Source of the DNA: Acidobacteriota bacterium
GTDB lineage: Bacteria > Acidobacteriota > Thermoanaerobaculia > Multivoradales > Multivoraceae
Reading direction: 5' to 3'
Length of the DNA: 64,000 nucleotides
Assembly (NCBI GenBank): GCA_036337765.1
Contig: JAYZDP010000168.1
Span: forward strand, 3,247-67,246
The stretch's first letter is position 1; each line of letters opens with the position of its first letter. Position numbers and translations under genes: made by a program. This document shows, piece by piece, positions 38,741-47,630 of the stretch. The notes beneath the pieces are model-generated. The model was not told the origin of the DNA. It did not search any database and worked only from the letters and a program-made list of their open reading frames with translations.

Positions 38741-38780
38741 CATACGATATATTATGCAACCTCTTTCTCAGCTACTCAAA

Positions 38781-38891
38781 GCCTGCGCGCTGAGCGGCCC
38801 CGGAGGGACAGAATAGGTAGCGGGGGTCGCGGTATGAGCGCACTACAGCTTCGACGCCCACCCAACAATGACTACCGCGACCCCCGCTACC
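38781..38891 (-). repeat. intergenic MITE/REP-like repeat, copy B (perfect 19-bp terminal inverted repeat GGTAGCGGGGGTCGCGGTA ... TACCGCGACCCCCGCTACC)
   Basis: Perfect 19-bp inverted repeat flanking a loop of about 40 nt. The 5' part GCCTGCGCG...CCGGAGGGA is shared with copies A and C. The 3' end CCCCCGCTAc supplies the TAG stop of the rhomboid gene. Confidence 0.75.
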
Positions 38892-39747
38892 CGCCGCGAA
38901 CGAGCGGGAGACCGTGAAGGAAGGAAGCGAGGATCGCCAGACCGCTGACAACGATCAAGGCTCCAGCTGCCATCAGATGATCGGTGCGCTCCGGCTTCAG
39001 CGGGTCGAGCCACTTGGCAACCAGATAGCCGCCTCCGAACCCGCCAAGGTGGGCCCAGTTGTCGACACTCGACATGACGAAGCCGAACATGATGAGGACG
39101 ATCGCGTAGCCAAGGGCCTGAGACCGGACCGCCGTCTGCCCCGTTCGCCGACCGTAGTAGACGAGCGCCCCCAGGAGACCTAGGATCGCAGCCGAGGCGC
39201 CAACCGTCTGCCCGGCGGGCAGCAGGAAGGGGATCCGGATCGGCAGGAAAACGGCGAGACTGGTCGCTGTGAAGCCGACGGCCGAGGAGAGCACATAGAT
39301 GATCACCACCCGTCCTGGGCCGTAGAGGCGTGACACGGCGGGGATCAGCTGGTTGGCCCACATCATGTTGAAACCGATGTGCAGCAGCCCGCCATGAAGC
39401 CAACCGGCGCTCAGGACCGTCCACCACCGATTCTCTTGGAGCACCGGGATCACGCCCGAGCTCCCGAACAGAAAGGTGCTCCGGCCACTCGGCGAGAGCA
39501 TGGTGAAAAGCCCGCCGCCACCGATGCCACTCGGATCGGTGACGAGCATGAGCACATACAGCACGCCGCAGGCGTAGAGCACGACGCGGCTGAACACCAC
39601 CTCGGAGCCGATGACTCTCAGTAGCAATGAGAATCCCCACATTCCTGGATTCCGCCTGCCACAACTCCAACACTGATCATCGTTGACCCCGACCAGCTTG
39701 CCGCAGGCCGGGCAGACCACCGATCCCGTCGTCTGACGCTTGAACAT
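38887..39747 (-). CDS. rhomboid-family intramembrane serine protease with N-terminal zinc-ribbon
   Basis: N-terminal CPACG...CWSCG. Rhomboid catalytic GASAAILG (GxSG) and HLGGFGGG. 6 TM. Confidence 0.8.
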   Translation of the reverse strand: MFKRQTTGSVVCPACGKLVGVNDDQCWSCGRRNPGMWGFSLLLRVIGSEVVFSRVVLYACGVLYVLMLVTDPSGIGGGGLFTMLSPSGRSTFLFGSSGVIPVLQENRWWTVLSAGWLHGGLLHIGFNMMWANQLIPAVSRLYGPGRVVIIYVLSSAVGFTATSLAVFLPIRIPFLLPAGQTVGASAAILGLLGALVYYGRRTGQTAVRSQALGYAIVLIMFGFVMSSVDNWAHLGGFGGGYLVAKWLDPLKPERTDHLMAAGALIVVSGLAILASFLHGLPLVRGG

Positions 39748-39799
39748 CTAGAACTACAGCCTTCCTTCGAGCGCGACCCTCGGAAGGGCCTGGAAAGTC

Positions 39800-40015
39800 C
39801 TACTCAGCATCGCCCTCTTCGAGTTTCGAGACGATGTGTTCCACCTCCACTTCGGCCTTGCGAATCTTCGCTCGACACACTTCGAGCAGCTCCGCCGCCC
39901 GAGCCAGCTGCTGTGCAAGGCTGTCGAGGTCGACGTCGTCGCCCTCGATACTGCGCAGGATGGCTTCGAGCTCGGTGAGCGCGTCTGAAAACGACTGTTC
40001 GGTCTCTTCGCTCAC
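39800..40015 (-). CDS. xseB: exodeoxyribonuclease VII small subunit
   Basis: 71-aa helical protein reading SFSDALTELEAILRSIEGDDVDLD, typical of XseB. Overlaps the xseA stop. Confidence 0.9.
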   Translation of the reverse strand: MSEETEQSFSDALTELEAILRSIEGDDVDLDSLAQQLARAAELLEVCRAKIRKAEVEVEHIVSKLEEGDAE

Positions 40016-41412
40016 TTCGTCTCCTCGACCTGCGGGTCACGGAAGTTCTCGACTCGGCTCTCGAAGCTACCGCCGGCGACATCGGTCCCCACCACGTCGC
40101 CGACGGTGAGCTCCGTCGCGCTGCGTACCAGGCGCCCTTCCACGGTTCGAGTGACCGAGAAGCCACGTGCCAGGACCCGCCGTGGAGACAGCTCCTCGGC
40201 GAGCCGTGCCAGCGCAGCAATGCGCACCGACTCCTCACGAACCGTCGCGCTGGACAGGTCCGCGATCCGCCGGCAGACCGCCGCCAGGCGCGGCCTCGAG
40301 ACAGCGACCCGGCGTGGCGCGGCGAGAACCAGGCGCTCGGCAAGCGCGGCTCGCCGGCGCGATGCGCCCCCGAGGCCGACACGCGCCGCGGTGGCCACCC
40401 GAGCCCGCAGCTCGTCGAGCCTGCGCCGGGCCTGCCGGACCCTACCGGCCGCCGCCGGGAGTCGGGCCTCGACCGCTTCGAGGCGATGGCGCGACCGCTG
40501 CACCGGAAGGCGACCGAGTCGCGCCAGCGCGGTCGCCACTCTCTCGAGCCTGGACTCGACCGCCGCCACCCGCTGTACCAGATGCTCCGCGACTTTGGTC
40601 GGGGTCTTGAAAGCAGCGTGCGCGACCAGGTCGGCGATCGACTCGTCGGTCTCATGCCCCAGGCCCGTGAGTACCGGAAACGGGGATCGGGCGATCGCCT
40701 CCGCCACCTCAAGTGAGTCGAAGACCGCCAAATCGGAGCGCGCTCCACCTCCTCGGGTGACCACGAGACAGTCGACCGGCAGGACCCGCATCGCCTCCAA
40801 CGCCCTCACAACCCGGTGCACCGCGTCGCTGCCCTGGACAGGCGCATGTTGAAAGCTCAGCTCGAAGGCATACCCACTCTCCTCCAATGAACTCACAAAG
40901 TCATGGTACGCGGCACTGCCGTGCGAGGTCACGAGGCCGACTCGCAGGGGCAGCTCCGCCATCGCCAGCCCACGGTTGCGATCGTGCAGGCCGGCTTGGC
41001 GCAGCCGGTCGAGGATCTCGCGGCGCCGACGCTCGACCAGGCCGAGCGAGAACACCGCGTCGATCTCGCGCACGATGAACTGTAGCCGCCCGCCGGCCGG
41101 ATAGAAGTCGAGCTCCCCCCGGCAGCGGATCTCGCGGCCGACGCCGAGCTCCTGACCTGTGCGCGCCAGCGCCCTGCGTGCCCTGGTGAGATCGCGGCGG
41201 AACACAGCACAATCGAGCTTGCCGACGATGGCGTCCCCAGCACCCTTCTCGACCAGCTCGAAGTACAGGTGGCCTGCCGAGCTGGTGCGCAAGCGTTGGA
41301 TCTCACCGACAACCCAGACCTGCGGATACACCTCCGCCAGGACCGCCTTGAGATCCTCCGCCAGCTCGGAGACCCGATAGGTGCCGACGGGGAGTTCCGC
41401 GCGATCGTCCAG
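40012..41412 (-). CDS. xseA: exodeoxyribonuclease VII large subunit
   Basis: N-terminal OB fold (YRVSELAEDLKAVLAEVYPQVWVVGEIQRLRTSSAGHLYFELVEKG) and catalytic domain. The conserved N-terminus has no in-frame ATG, GTG or TTG after the upstream TAG. A CTG at 41412 is the first possible start; the GTG at 41331 would truncate the conserved region. Confidence 0.8.
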   Translation of the reverse strand: MDDRAELPVGTYRVSELAEDLKAVLAEVYPQVWVVGEIQRLRTSSAGHLYFELVEKGAGDAIVGKLDCAVFRRDLTRARRALARTGQELGVGREIRCRGELDFYPAGGRLQFIVREIDAVFSLGLVERRRREILDRLRQAGLHDRNRGLAMAELPLRVGLVTSHGSAAYHDFVSSLEESGYAFELSFQHAPVQGSDAVHRVVRALEAMRVLPVDCLVVTRGGGARSDLAVFDSLEVAEAIARSPFPVLTGLGHETDESIADLVAHAAFKTPTKVAEHLVQRVAAVESRLERVATALARLGRLPVQRSRHRLEAVEARLPAAAGRVRQARRRLDELRARVATAARVGLGGASRRRAALAERLVLAAPRRVAVSRPRLAAVCRRIADLSSATVREESVRIAALARLAEELSPRRVLARGFSVTRTVEGRLVRSATELTVGDVVGTDVAGGSFESRVENFRDPQVEETK

Positions 41413-41512
41413 AAGCTAGGACCCTTCAAGAGCAGGGGAGCCCACCAGCCGCTGGCGGGGGACGCGCGCCGTTCGGCGCCAGATGCGCGCCATCCGCGGC
41501 GCCAAAGACATT

Positions 41513-41552
41513 CTGATATTCGGAATGATATTCATACCTTTCCGAATATCAG
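41513..41552. repeat. AT-rich 13-bp perfect inverted repeat CTGATATTCGGAA-N14-TTCCGAATATCAG
   Basis: Perfect 13-bp arms in an otherwise GC-rich region. Overlaps the stop of the hypothetical gene at 41549 and lies upstream of xseA. Candidate terminator hairpin or operator. Confidence 0.4.
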
Positions 41553-42079
41553 TGAAAGCTCTGAAGCTCTTCGTTTGAGGTTAGGGGAAGGTTGTCGGCC
41601 CACTCACTCGCCTCTTTCTCTCCGGCGGTGAACTTCTCCACGAACTCCTTCGCCTCCTCGCGCGAGTCGAAGAGCCTGAACAGGAAAGTGTGGCCGGCCG
41701 GGGCGGTGAAGTACGAGTAAGCGTCGGCACTCTCGCTGAGGTCCATGCCGATATCGACCTCTCCGTTGACGCCGACGCAGGCCACCGCGATGGCCCGGCA
41801 GGCGATGGCGAGAGCCTTGATGGCATCCTCGAACTCGGTGAGCTCCTCCTGCGACTGCGGCGTATGGAAGATGCCGACGTGCGACGTCTCCTCCTCGCCG
41901 AGCAGGTTGTAGGGCACATCGTTGAGATCCATAGCTTCGCGGGTCTCGGTGGTCGTCACGAAGACGTCCTCCGTGCCGCGGACCTTGTAGGTGATCGCGA
42001 AGGTGGTCTCGTCGAGCTTCGAGAACGATTCGGCGAGAATGCCCTCATCCTCGACGGTGAAGTAGTAGAGACGGCGCAT
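41549..42079 (-). CDS. hypothetical acidic protein (176 aa)
   Basis: ATG at 42079 (MRRLYYFTVEDEG...). The longer listed ORF (to 43036) is Arg-rich out-of-frame noise overlapping the neighbouring gene. Confidence 0.4.
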   Translation of the reverse strand: MRRLYYFTVEDEGILAESFSKLDETTFAITYKVRGTEDVFVTTTETREAMDLNDVPYNLLGEEETSHVGIFHTPQSQEELTEFEDAIKALAIACRAIAVACVGVNGEVDIGMDLSESADAYSYFTAPAGHTFLFRLFDSREEAKEFVEKFTAGEKEASEWADNLPLTSNEELQSFH

Positions 42080-42159
42080 CGTCTGACGAGCACTCAAATG
42101 ATCATCCTCCAAGCGTGCTTGCTGGCATCCAGCGGCGGAATATACCACCGCGAAACGTG

Positions 42160-42828
42160 CTATCTGTGGGTGTAAAGGTAGGCTCCGAGGGCAGCGGCCT
42201 CGCTCTCGGTGAGCTCCTCGCGAGCGAGAAAGAACTGCTCGCCGGGGGCCGGCATTGGCACTGTAACGCGCGACATCGCTTCCTCCAAGGCGCCACAGTC
42301 GAAGCGCACGAGAACCAGGGCCATCTGCTTGCACAACGGCACCATACGCGACGCCAGCTGGCTCTCGAGCTCGACCGTAACGCTCTCGGGCCCCTCGAGG
42401 ACCGTGATCGTCCAACCCTCGGTCGACGGCTCGATCAAGACCCGACCCTCCAGGTCGAGAGCCTGACTGGGAAGAGTGATCTCGTCCGCGAGCTTGCCCT
42501 GAACCACGCCGACTTTGAGATCCGCGTCCAGGAGCCCGTGGCCATTGAAGCTTAGGTGGATGCCGATCCGATGCTCGCCATCCGCCAACGGCTCGAGCGT
42601 AACCGCGTGCTCTTCCAGGGTCAGCTCGTGCTCGGGGCTGCGCAGAATCAAGGTTGCCACTCCCATATCCACAGGCGCAAGCTCCTGCACGAAGCCCGCG
42701 TAGGTACGATCCAGGCCGAGAAATCGAAACTCCTCGGCGACCGCCGGCGATGCCACAAGAGTCACGGTGAGTGCCCAGCGGGCGGCTGCGCCAGCTCTGA
42801 GGCGGATCGCTTGGGTCGGTCGAGACAA
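42160..42828 (-). CDS. hypothetical secreted protein (Sec signal peptide, 222 aa)
   Basis: N-terminal signal LTVTLVASPAVA|EE. No known domain. Confidence 0.5.
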   Translation of the reverse strand: MSRPTQAIRLRAGAAARWALTVTLVASPAVAEEFRFLGLDRTYAGFVQELAPVDMGVATLILRSPEHELTLEEHAVTLEPLADGEHRIGIHLSFNGHGLLDADLKVGVVQGKLADEITLPSQALDLEGRVLIEPSTEGWTITVLEGPESVTVELESQLASRMVPLCKQMALVLVRFDCGALEEAMSRVTVPMPAPGEQFFLAREELTESEAAALGAYLYTHR

Positions 42829-42890
42829 CCTGACAAAGTCCTACGGAACAAAGCCCCCAAAAGTTCGCGGCAGCGCGCCTCCAGACGGAC

Positions 42891-45431
42891 TCAGGGATAG
42901 TAGCCGCTGATCGTTCGCGCCTTGAGCCGACCCTTGACCTTGACTTGAACCGTACGAAACTCGCGCTTGTCCTGAGCAGCATCGGACGAATACGCCAACA
43001 GATACTGGCTGCGCAGCTCCTTGTCGATCTGCGCATAGATCGTTTGCAGCTCGGACGCTTTCCGAATGAAGAACGACCTGCCGCCGGTCTCTTTCGCCAA
43101 CTGGTTCAAATTGCCGCGAATTCCCATCTGGGTACGACCGATGTTCAGTCCGATGGTGTAGATCGAAACGCCGCTACGACGCGCGTAGTCGAGGGAGTCC
43201 TTGAACGGGATGCCGCTGGCAGTGTCCTCTCCGTCGGATAGCAGCACCAAGGCGCGCCGACCCCGAACCCCACGGAAGTAGTAGAGACTGGTCACGATGG
43301 CATCGTGCAGTGCCGTGTTGCCAACCGCGTGCAGATCCTCGAGCGCCGTCTCGACCGCACCGACGTCCGACGTTCGCGTCATCAGGAGAATCGGGAAGTT
43401 CGAAAAGCTGACCGCGAAGGACTGGTCCTTGGGCGTGATGATGTTGTCGAGGAAGTCGACGGCGGCGGTCTTGGCTTCGGCGAGCGACTCGATCATCGAA
43501 CCCGATGTATCGATTGTGATGCCGATCGTGATCGGAAGATCCTCGACGAGCTCGAAGCGCAGGATGTTCTGCCTGCGACCGTCCTCGGTCACCGTGAAGT
43601 CACTCTCGCTGAGCGATTGATTGGGATCACCCTCGACCGTGGTGTAGAGCTCGACGAGATCGACCTCGACCTCCTCCAGATAGTCGGGCTGGTTGAGGAA
43701 CATCACGTCCTCTGCCATGGTCCCGTCGCCGAGCAGAGCCGAGACCGTGAGATAGCTGACGTCGCCCTGCCCCCGGACCTCAGGAGCCTCTATCTCGGCC
43801 TGCCAGGGAGGCTTGACCAGGCTCGCCTGCAGCTCGTCGTTGACCTTGAACTCGACCTTGGAGATCTGCTTCTCCTCAGGAACGACGACCGACGCCCGCG
43901 CGAGCACCGACCCAGTCACGAATCCGCCTGCCTTCGGATCGAGGATCTTGACTTCCAGCTGGCCGCGCTGCTGATTCAAGATCACCTCGTCGGAGGCGAT
44001 CAGGTCGCCGTCAGCGTCGTAGCCCTCGACGCTCACGATCTGCTCGGTGGGATACTTCGCGAGCCGCAGCTCGGCCTCGAAAGGTCGCCTGGAGCGAGTC
44101 ATTTGGGCCTTGCCGTCCAGCAGGAATACGACCTTGCGAATCTGCTCACCGGCGATCAGCGTCTCGACTCTCCACAGACCGATAACCACGTCCGTCTCCG
44201 GCGGAATGATGACCAGGCTGTCGACCCCGGCTACACGCTCCGGCATCACGACCTCGCCCTGGGCGACGGTCACTTCCGGCGGTAGATCCGCGTGATCCTC
44301 GGGCTCGTTGGGCACCCGGAACCCAACCGCGGTGTGCGCCACCGCACCACCAATCTCGTCGATGACTTTCACTCGCACCAGAAAGTCGTCCTCGGAGCGC
44401 AGGAGACGCTCGAACACCAGAGCCAGCTCCGGCGCCTCGCCCTCGACCGGGACCTGGTACCGCATGTAGAAGCTCTCGAAGTGCTGTCCGTCTCGCTCAA
44501 CGTGCCCTTCAAGCTTGACGCGCAGCTCGCGCTCGAGGTCTTGTTCGAACACCCCGAGACCCGCCTCCACCGGAATGCGTAACAGCATCCGCGAAACCAT
44601 GCGTTGCCCTTGTCTCTCGGGGAAGTAGACCTCCGGCGTCTCGACCTGCAACCGGTCGGCGAGGTCGGGAGGCAAGGGCGTGGACAGGGCCTCGCGAGCC
44701 CACCGGCCGCGATCGGCCGGCGGCTCGAAGAGCTTCAGCACGTCGGCATTCGAGGGGCGGTTCTTCTCGAAACCGTACAGCGCTTCGATCCCCGTCGCGC
44801 GATCGACCTTGCGCACCTGCCTGCACAGCTGCTTGTCGAAGCGAGGACCGGTACGACCACCCGTGATCTCCGCGACCTGCAGCATCCAGTAGCCCATCTC
44901 CTTGCCGTACAACACCCGCTTCGAGTCGAGCGGTAGCCACAGCCGCCAAGGCTCGTCCTCTGCCGGCTCGTAGAGCACGAACTGACGCATGAGCTTGGGC
45001 TCTTCGGGGTTTCCGTAGCGCCAGATCTCGAGCGGCACGAAAGTCTGATCGCAGGCGATCACCTCTCGCTCGGCGGGTGGACCCTTCAGAAACAACACCC
45101 TCGCCCGCTCATCGAGCAAGTCGGAGAACTCGTGGCGGACCAACGCAAGGCGTCGATCGATGGCCGCCTGAAGCTGGTTACGCTCGGTCGACGGATCCGG
45201 ATCGGCAAAAAAAACCACGATGGTCGCGCCGCGCTCTTCTTCGCTGGCGGCGGCGAAGGCGTCGCGCTGCGCAGCTGTCAACAGCCACCCAGGCCCGTCG
45301 TCGAGAAACGCCCGATGATGAGACGGCCACAGGTAGCGCGTCTCCGCCTCCGCAGCGACCACGGGCGGAGCCAAGAGTCCCGCTAGCAGAACGAGTATCG
45401 GAAGCAATCGGATCGATGAACGAGGTGTCAA
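42891..45431 (-). CDS. large secreted protein with C-terminal von Willebrand factor A (vWA) domain
   Basis: Signal peptide LLPILVLLAGLLAPPVVAA. MIDAS motif DTSGSM in ITIGITIDTSGSMIESL. 846 aa. Confidence 0.65.
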   Translation of the reverse strand: MTPRSSIRLLPILVLLAGLLAPPVVAAEAETRYLWPSHHRAFLDDGPGWLLTAAQRDAFAAASEEERGATIVVFFADPDPSTERNQLQAAIDRRLALVRHEFSDLLDERARVLFLKGPPAEREVIACDQTFVPLEIWRYGNPEEPKLMRQFVLYEPAEDEPWRLWLPLDSKRVLYGKEMGYWMLQVAEITGGRTGPRFDKQLCRQVRKVDRATGIEALYGFEKNRPSNADVLKLFEPPADRGRWAREALSTPLPPDLADRLQVETPEVYFPERQGQRMVSRMLLRIPVEAGLGVFEQDLERELRVKLEGHVERDGQHFESFYMRYQVPVEGEAPELALVFERLLRSEDDFLVRVKVIDEIGGAVAHTAVGFRVPNEPEDHADLPPEVTVAQGEVVMPERVAGVDSLVIIPPETDVVIGLWRVETLIAGEQIRKVVFLLDGKAQMTRSRRPFEAELRLAKYPTEQIVSVEGYDADGDLIASDEVILNQQRGQLEVKILDPKAGGFVTGSVLARASVVVPEEKQISKVEFKVNDELQASLVKPPWQAEIEAPEVRGQGDVSYLTVSALLGDGTMAEDVMFLNQPDYLEEVEVDLVELYTTVEGDPNQSLSESDFTVTEDGRRQNILRFELVEDLPITIGITIDTSGSMIESLAEAKTAAVDFLDNIITPKDQSFAVSFSNFPILLMTRTSDVGAVETALEDLHAVGNTALHDAIVTSLYYFRGVRGRRALVLLSDGEDTASGIPFKDSLDYARRSGVSIYTIGLNIGRTQMGIRGNLNQLAKETGGRSFFIRKASELQTIYAQIDKELRSQYLLAYSSDAAQDKREFRTVQVKVKGRLKARTISGYYP

Positions 45432-45600
45432 AGCAGGTCCCCCGGCAACCCTCTATGCAAGCGAAATGCCACTATGTCACGCAGGTTTGCGTCCTCTATC
45501 GCTCAGAAGGCCCTGAAGAGAACTACGAACCTTCACCAAAACCGGACGCGGGCCGCGCGCAGCTCACAAGCGCCGTCCTCGGCGCCAAAGACATGTCTCC

Positions 45601-45628
45601 TTCCGGCCTGATGGCTATCAGGCCGGAA
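45601..45628 (-). terminator. 12-bp perfect stem hairpin TTCCGGCCTGAT-ggct-ATCAGGCCGGAA at the end of the respiratory operon
   Basis: The perfect 12-bp stem with a 4-nt loop overlaps the stop of the DUF420 gene. On the minus strand it is followed by GGAGACATGTCTTTGG, a weak U-tract. Confidence 0.45.
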
Positions 45629-46037
45629 AGAGATACAGCATGGCGTAGATGATGACGCCGGTCAGTGACACGTACATCCATATAGGCAGCGTCCACCGCG
45701 CGATCGCCACGTGCTTGTCGAGCCGATCTCGTAACCCACGCACGAGAGTGACGAGAGCTAACACCGGCACCAGAACCGCAAGCGGGATGTGCGTGATCAG
45801 AATCGTCAGATAGAAGACCCGCAGCCAGCCCGTCCCAGGGTATGGCACGCTCCCGGCGTTGTAGTGGTAGACCAGGTAGGAAAGAAGAAAAAGGCACGAG
45901 ACGCCGAAGGCGGCGAGCATGCAGTTGCGATGCGCCTCCCGGTTTCCCTGGCGGATGAAGCCGTAGCCCAGGATCAGCAGCGCGAAGCTGAGCGCGTTGA
46001 GGCTCGCGTTGAGCGTCGGTAGGTCGCCGATGCTCAC
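45618..46037 (-). CDS. DUF420-family membrane protein (cytochrome-oxidase-associated)
   Basis: Four TM helices with the conserved YLVYHY and HIPLAV segments. Last gene of the cox cluster. Confidence 0.7.
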   Translation of the reverse strand: MSIGDLPTLNASLNALSFALLILGYGFIRQGNREAHRNCMLAAFGVSCLFLLSYLVYHYNAGSVPYPGTGWLRVFYLTILITHIPLAVLVPVLALVTLVRGLRDRLDKHVAIARWTLPIWMYVSLTGVIIYAMLYLFPA

Positions 46038-46067
46038 GAGTACGCTCGCTACGGTCTGACCGGTTCG

Positions 46068-46835
46068 CTACATTCCGGCGGCAGCCGCTGCTGCGGCCGC
46101 GGCCTGCGTCCGCTCGTCGTGCCAGCTCTGATAGTCCTGCTGCGACTGGATATGAAGGAAGCCCTTCATCCGGTAGTGAGTCAATCCGCACAGCTGGGCA
46201 CACGCGACCTCCGACTCCCCGGTCTGCTTGGCGACGAAGTGGACCGGAATCGTCTGGCCCGGAATCGTGTCCTGCTTCACCCGCAGGTAGGGCAAGTTGA
46301 GGCTGTGGATCACGTCCTTCGAGGTGAGGTAGAGGATGATCGGCTTGTCGACAGGAAGGTAGAGGTTGTTCAGCGTGTGGATGTCGTCCGCGGAAGCCGG
46401 ATCGTCGCGATCCAGGCCGAGCGGGTTGGCTGCCGTATCCACCAGCTCGGGAGCGGTCCGTCCCCACTCGCCGTCGGCGCCAGGATAGTGGAAGTTCCAG
46501 GCGAACTGCTCGGCGACGACACGTATGCGTTCGGACTCGTTCTCGTCAGGGAGTTCGGCGACACGCTCGTTCCACAACGGAAACGCGAAGGCGACGAGAA
46601 TGGCCACCTCGAATACGACGACTGCGACTTCGACGTACTTCGAGATCGTGCCCTTCGCGCCGTGATAGTCCGCCTTCGGGCTCGCGCCGGCTCGGAACTT
46701 GATGAGCACCAAGATGTAGTAAGCACCCCATCCAACGAAGAGGATCAGCATGACCCAGTGGATCAGGGCGATCAGGTTGTCGATCGGGGCCCCGTGAGCC
46801 GACCAATCGGGAGGAAGGTTGAGAAAGTCCTTCAT
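46068..46835 (-). CDS. coxB: cytochrome c oxidase subunit II (CuA, no fused cytochrome c domain)
   Basis: Two N-terminal TM helices and the CuA motif H...CAQLCGLTHYRM. ATG at 46835 is preceded by GGAGGA. No CxxCH. Confidence 0.9.
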   Translation of the reverse strand: MKDFLNLPPDWSAHGAPIDNLIALIHWVMLILFVGWGAYYILVLIKFRAGASPKADYHGAKGTISKYVEVAVVVFEVAILVAFAFPLWNERVAELPDENESERIRVVAEQFAWNFHYPGADGEWGRTAPELVDTAANPLGLDRDDPASADDIHTLNNLYLPVDKPIILYLTSKDVIHSLNLPYLRVKQDTIPGQTIPVHFVAKQTGESEVACAQLCGLTHYRMKGFLHIQSQQDYQSWHDERTQAAAAAAAAAGM

Positions 46836-47098
46836 CAATGGATTCCTCCGCGCAGGACCTGAAGACTCTTCTTCCGGTCCTCGCGATACTTGGCACGTTT
46901 CCGAAACTGCCAGAAGAGACTGACGAAACCGACCTGAACCAGGCCGACCACGCCCAAAAGAAAGAGAATGGCGTTGTTCATGCCCTTCGTCGCCGCGTCG
47001 TTGGGATCGCCGAAACACGCCTGGCACGCGGACGCAGTACCAGGCAGAGCAAGAACCACCACCAGGCCGAGACAAAGAGCTACTAGCACACGCTTCAT
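46835..47098 (-). CDS. small membrane protein (88 aa) between coxIV and coxB
   Basis: Signal/TM MKRVLVALCLGLVVVLALPGTASA plus a second TM. CQAC pair. Its stop overlaps the coxB ATG. Confidence 0.4.
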   Translation of the reverse strand: MKRVLVALCLGLVVVLALPGTASACQACFGDPNDAATKGMNNAILFLLGVVGLVQVGFVSLFWQFRKRAKYREDRKKSLQVLRGGIH

Positions 47099-47300
47099 CG
47101 CGGGAGCTCCTTGAGCTTGCGCCGCACACGGACGCCGTAGGTCATAAGCACGGGTACCGCCACGAGCGACAGCAACCCGTAAACGAGGCCGAGTATCGAA
47201 CCGTCTGCGACAAAGCCGCGTAGGCCCCACGATCCGGTCCCCACCGCAAGCACGGTACAGATCGTGATGAAGAGGATGTGAACAGCACCTAGAGACATGC

Positions 47301-47630
47301 TCAGTGACCCAGGCCCCAAGAGCTCCACTGGATGCTCAGCGAATCGGCGTAGCCGGACAGCGGCACCGCGATCAGGACGACAAAGAACAGGGCAGTGATC
47401 ATCAGCGTCCACATGATCGTCCGGACTTCGCCCTTCAAGTGCATGAAGAAGAGTGCGACCAACGACGCCTTCACCGCCGCGATCAGCAACGCCAGCGTGA
47501 TCGCGAGACCTATCGGAATGTCGAGGTAGCTCGCCAGGACCGTGACGACGGTCCCGACGGCGAGCGCGCCGAAAACCAGCATGTAGACCTTGACCGAGGC
47601 GCGAATCTCTTCCGGGCTGTGACCGCTCAT
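47301..47630 (-). CDS. cytochrome c oxidase subunit IV (prokaryotic caa3/aa3 type)
   Basis: 109 aa, three TM helices, typical CtaF/CoxD size and position after subunit III. Confidence 0.7.
   Translation of the reverse strand: MSGHSPEEIRASVKVYMLVFGALAVGTVVTVLASYLDIPIGLAITLALLIAAVKASLVALFFMHLKGEVRTIMWTLMITALFFVVLIAVPLSGYADSLSIQWSSWGLGH

Noticed and set aside
41549-43036. 495-aa minus-strand ORF
   Set aside because: Only the last 176 aa (from the ATG at 42079) look protein-like. The upstream 320 aa are RGRS-type low-complexity and overlap, in another frame, a convincing signal-peptide gene (42160..42828).
45190-45197. A8/T8 homopolymer inside the vWA gene as a phase-variation site
   Set aside because: The ORF is intact across it, and there is a single tract with no supporting context. 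Noted only as slippage-prone.
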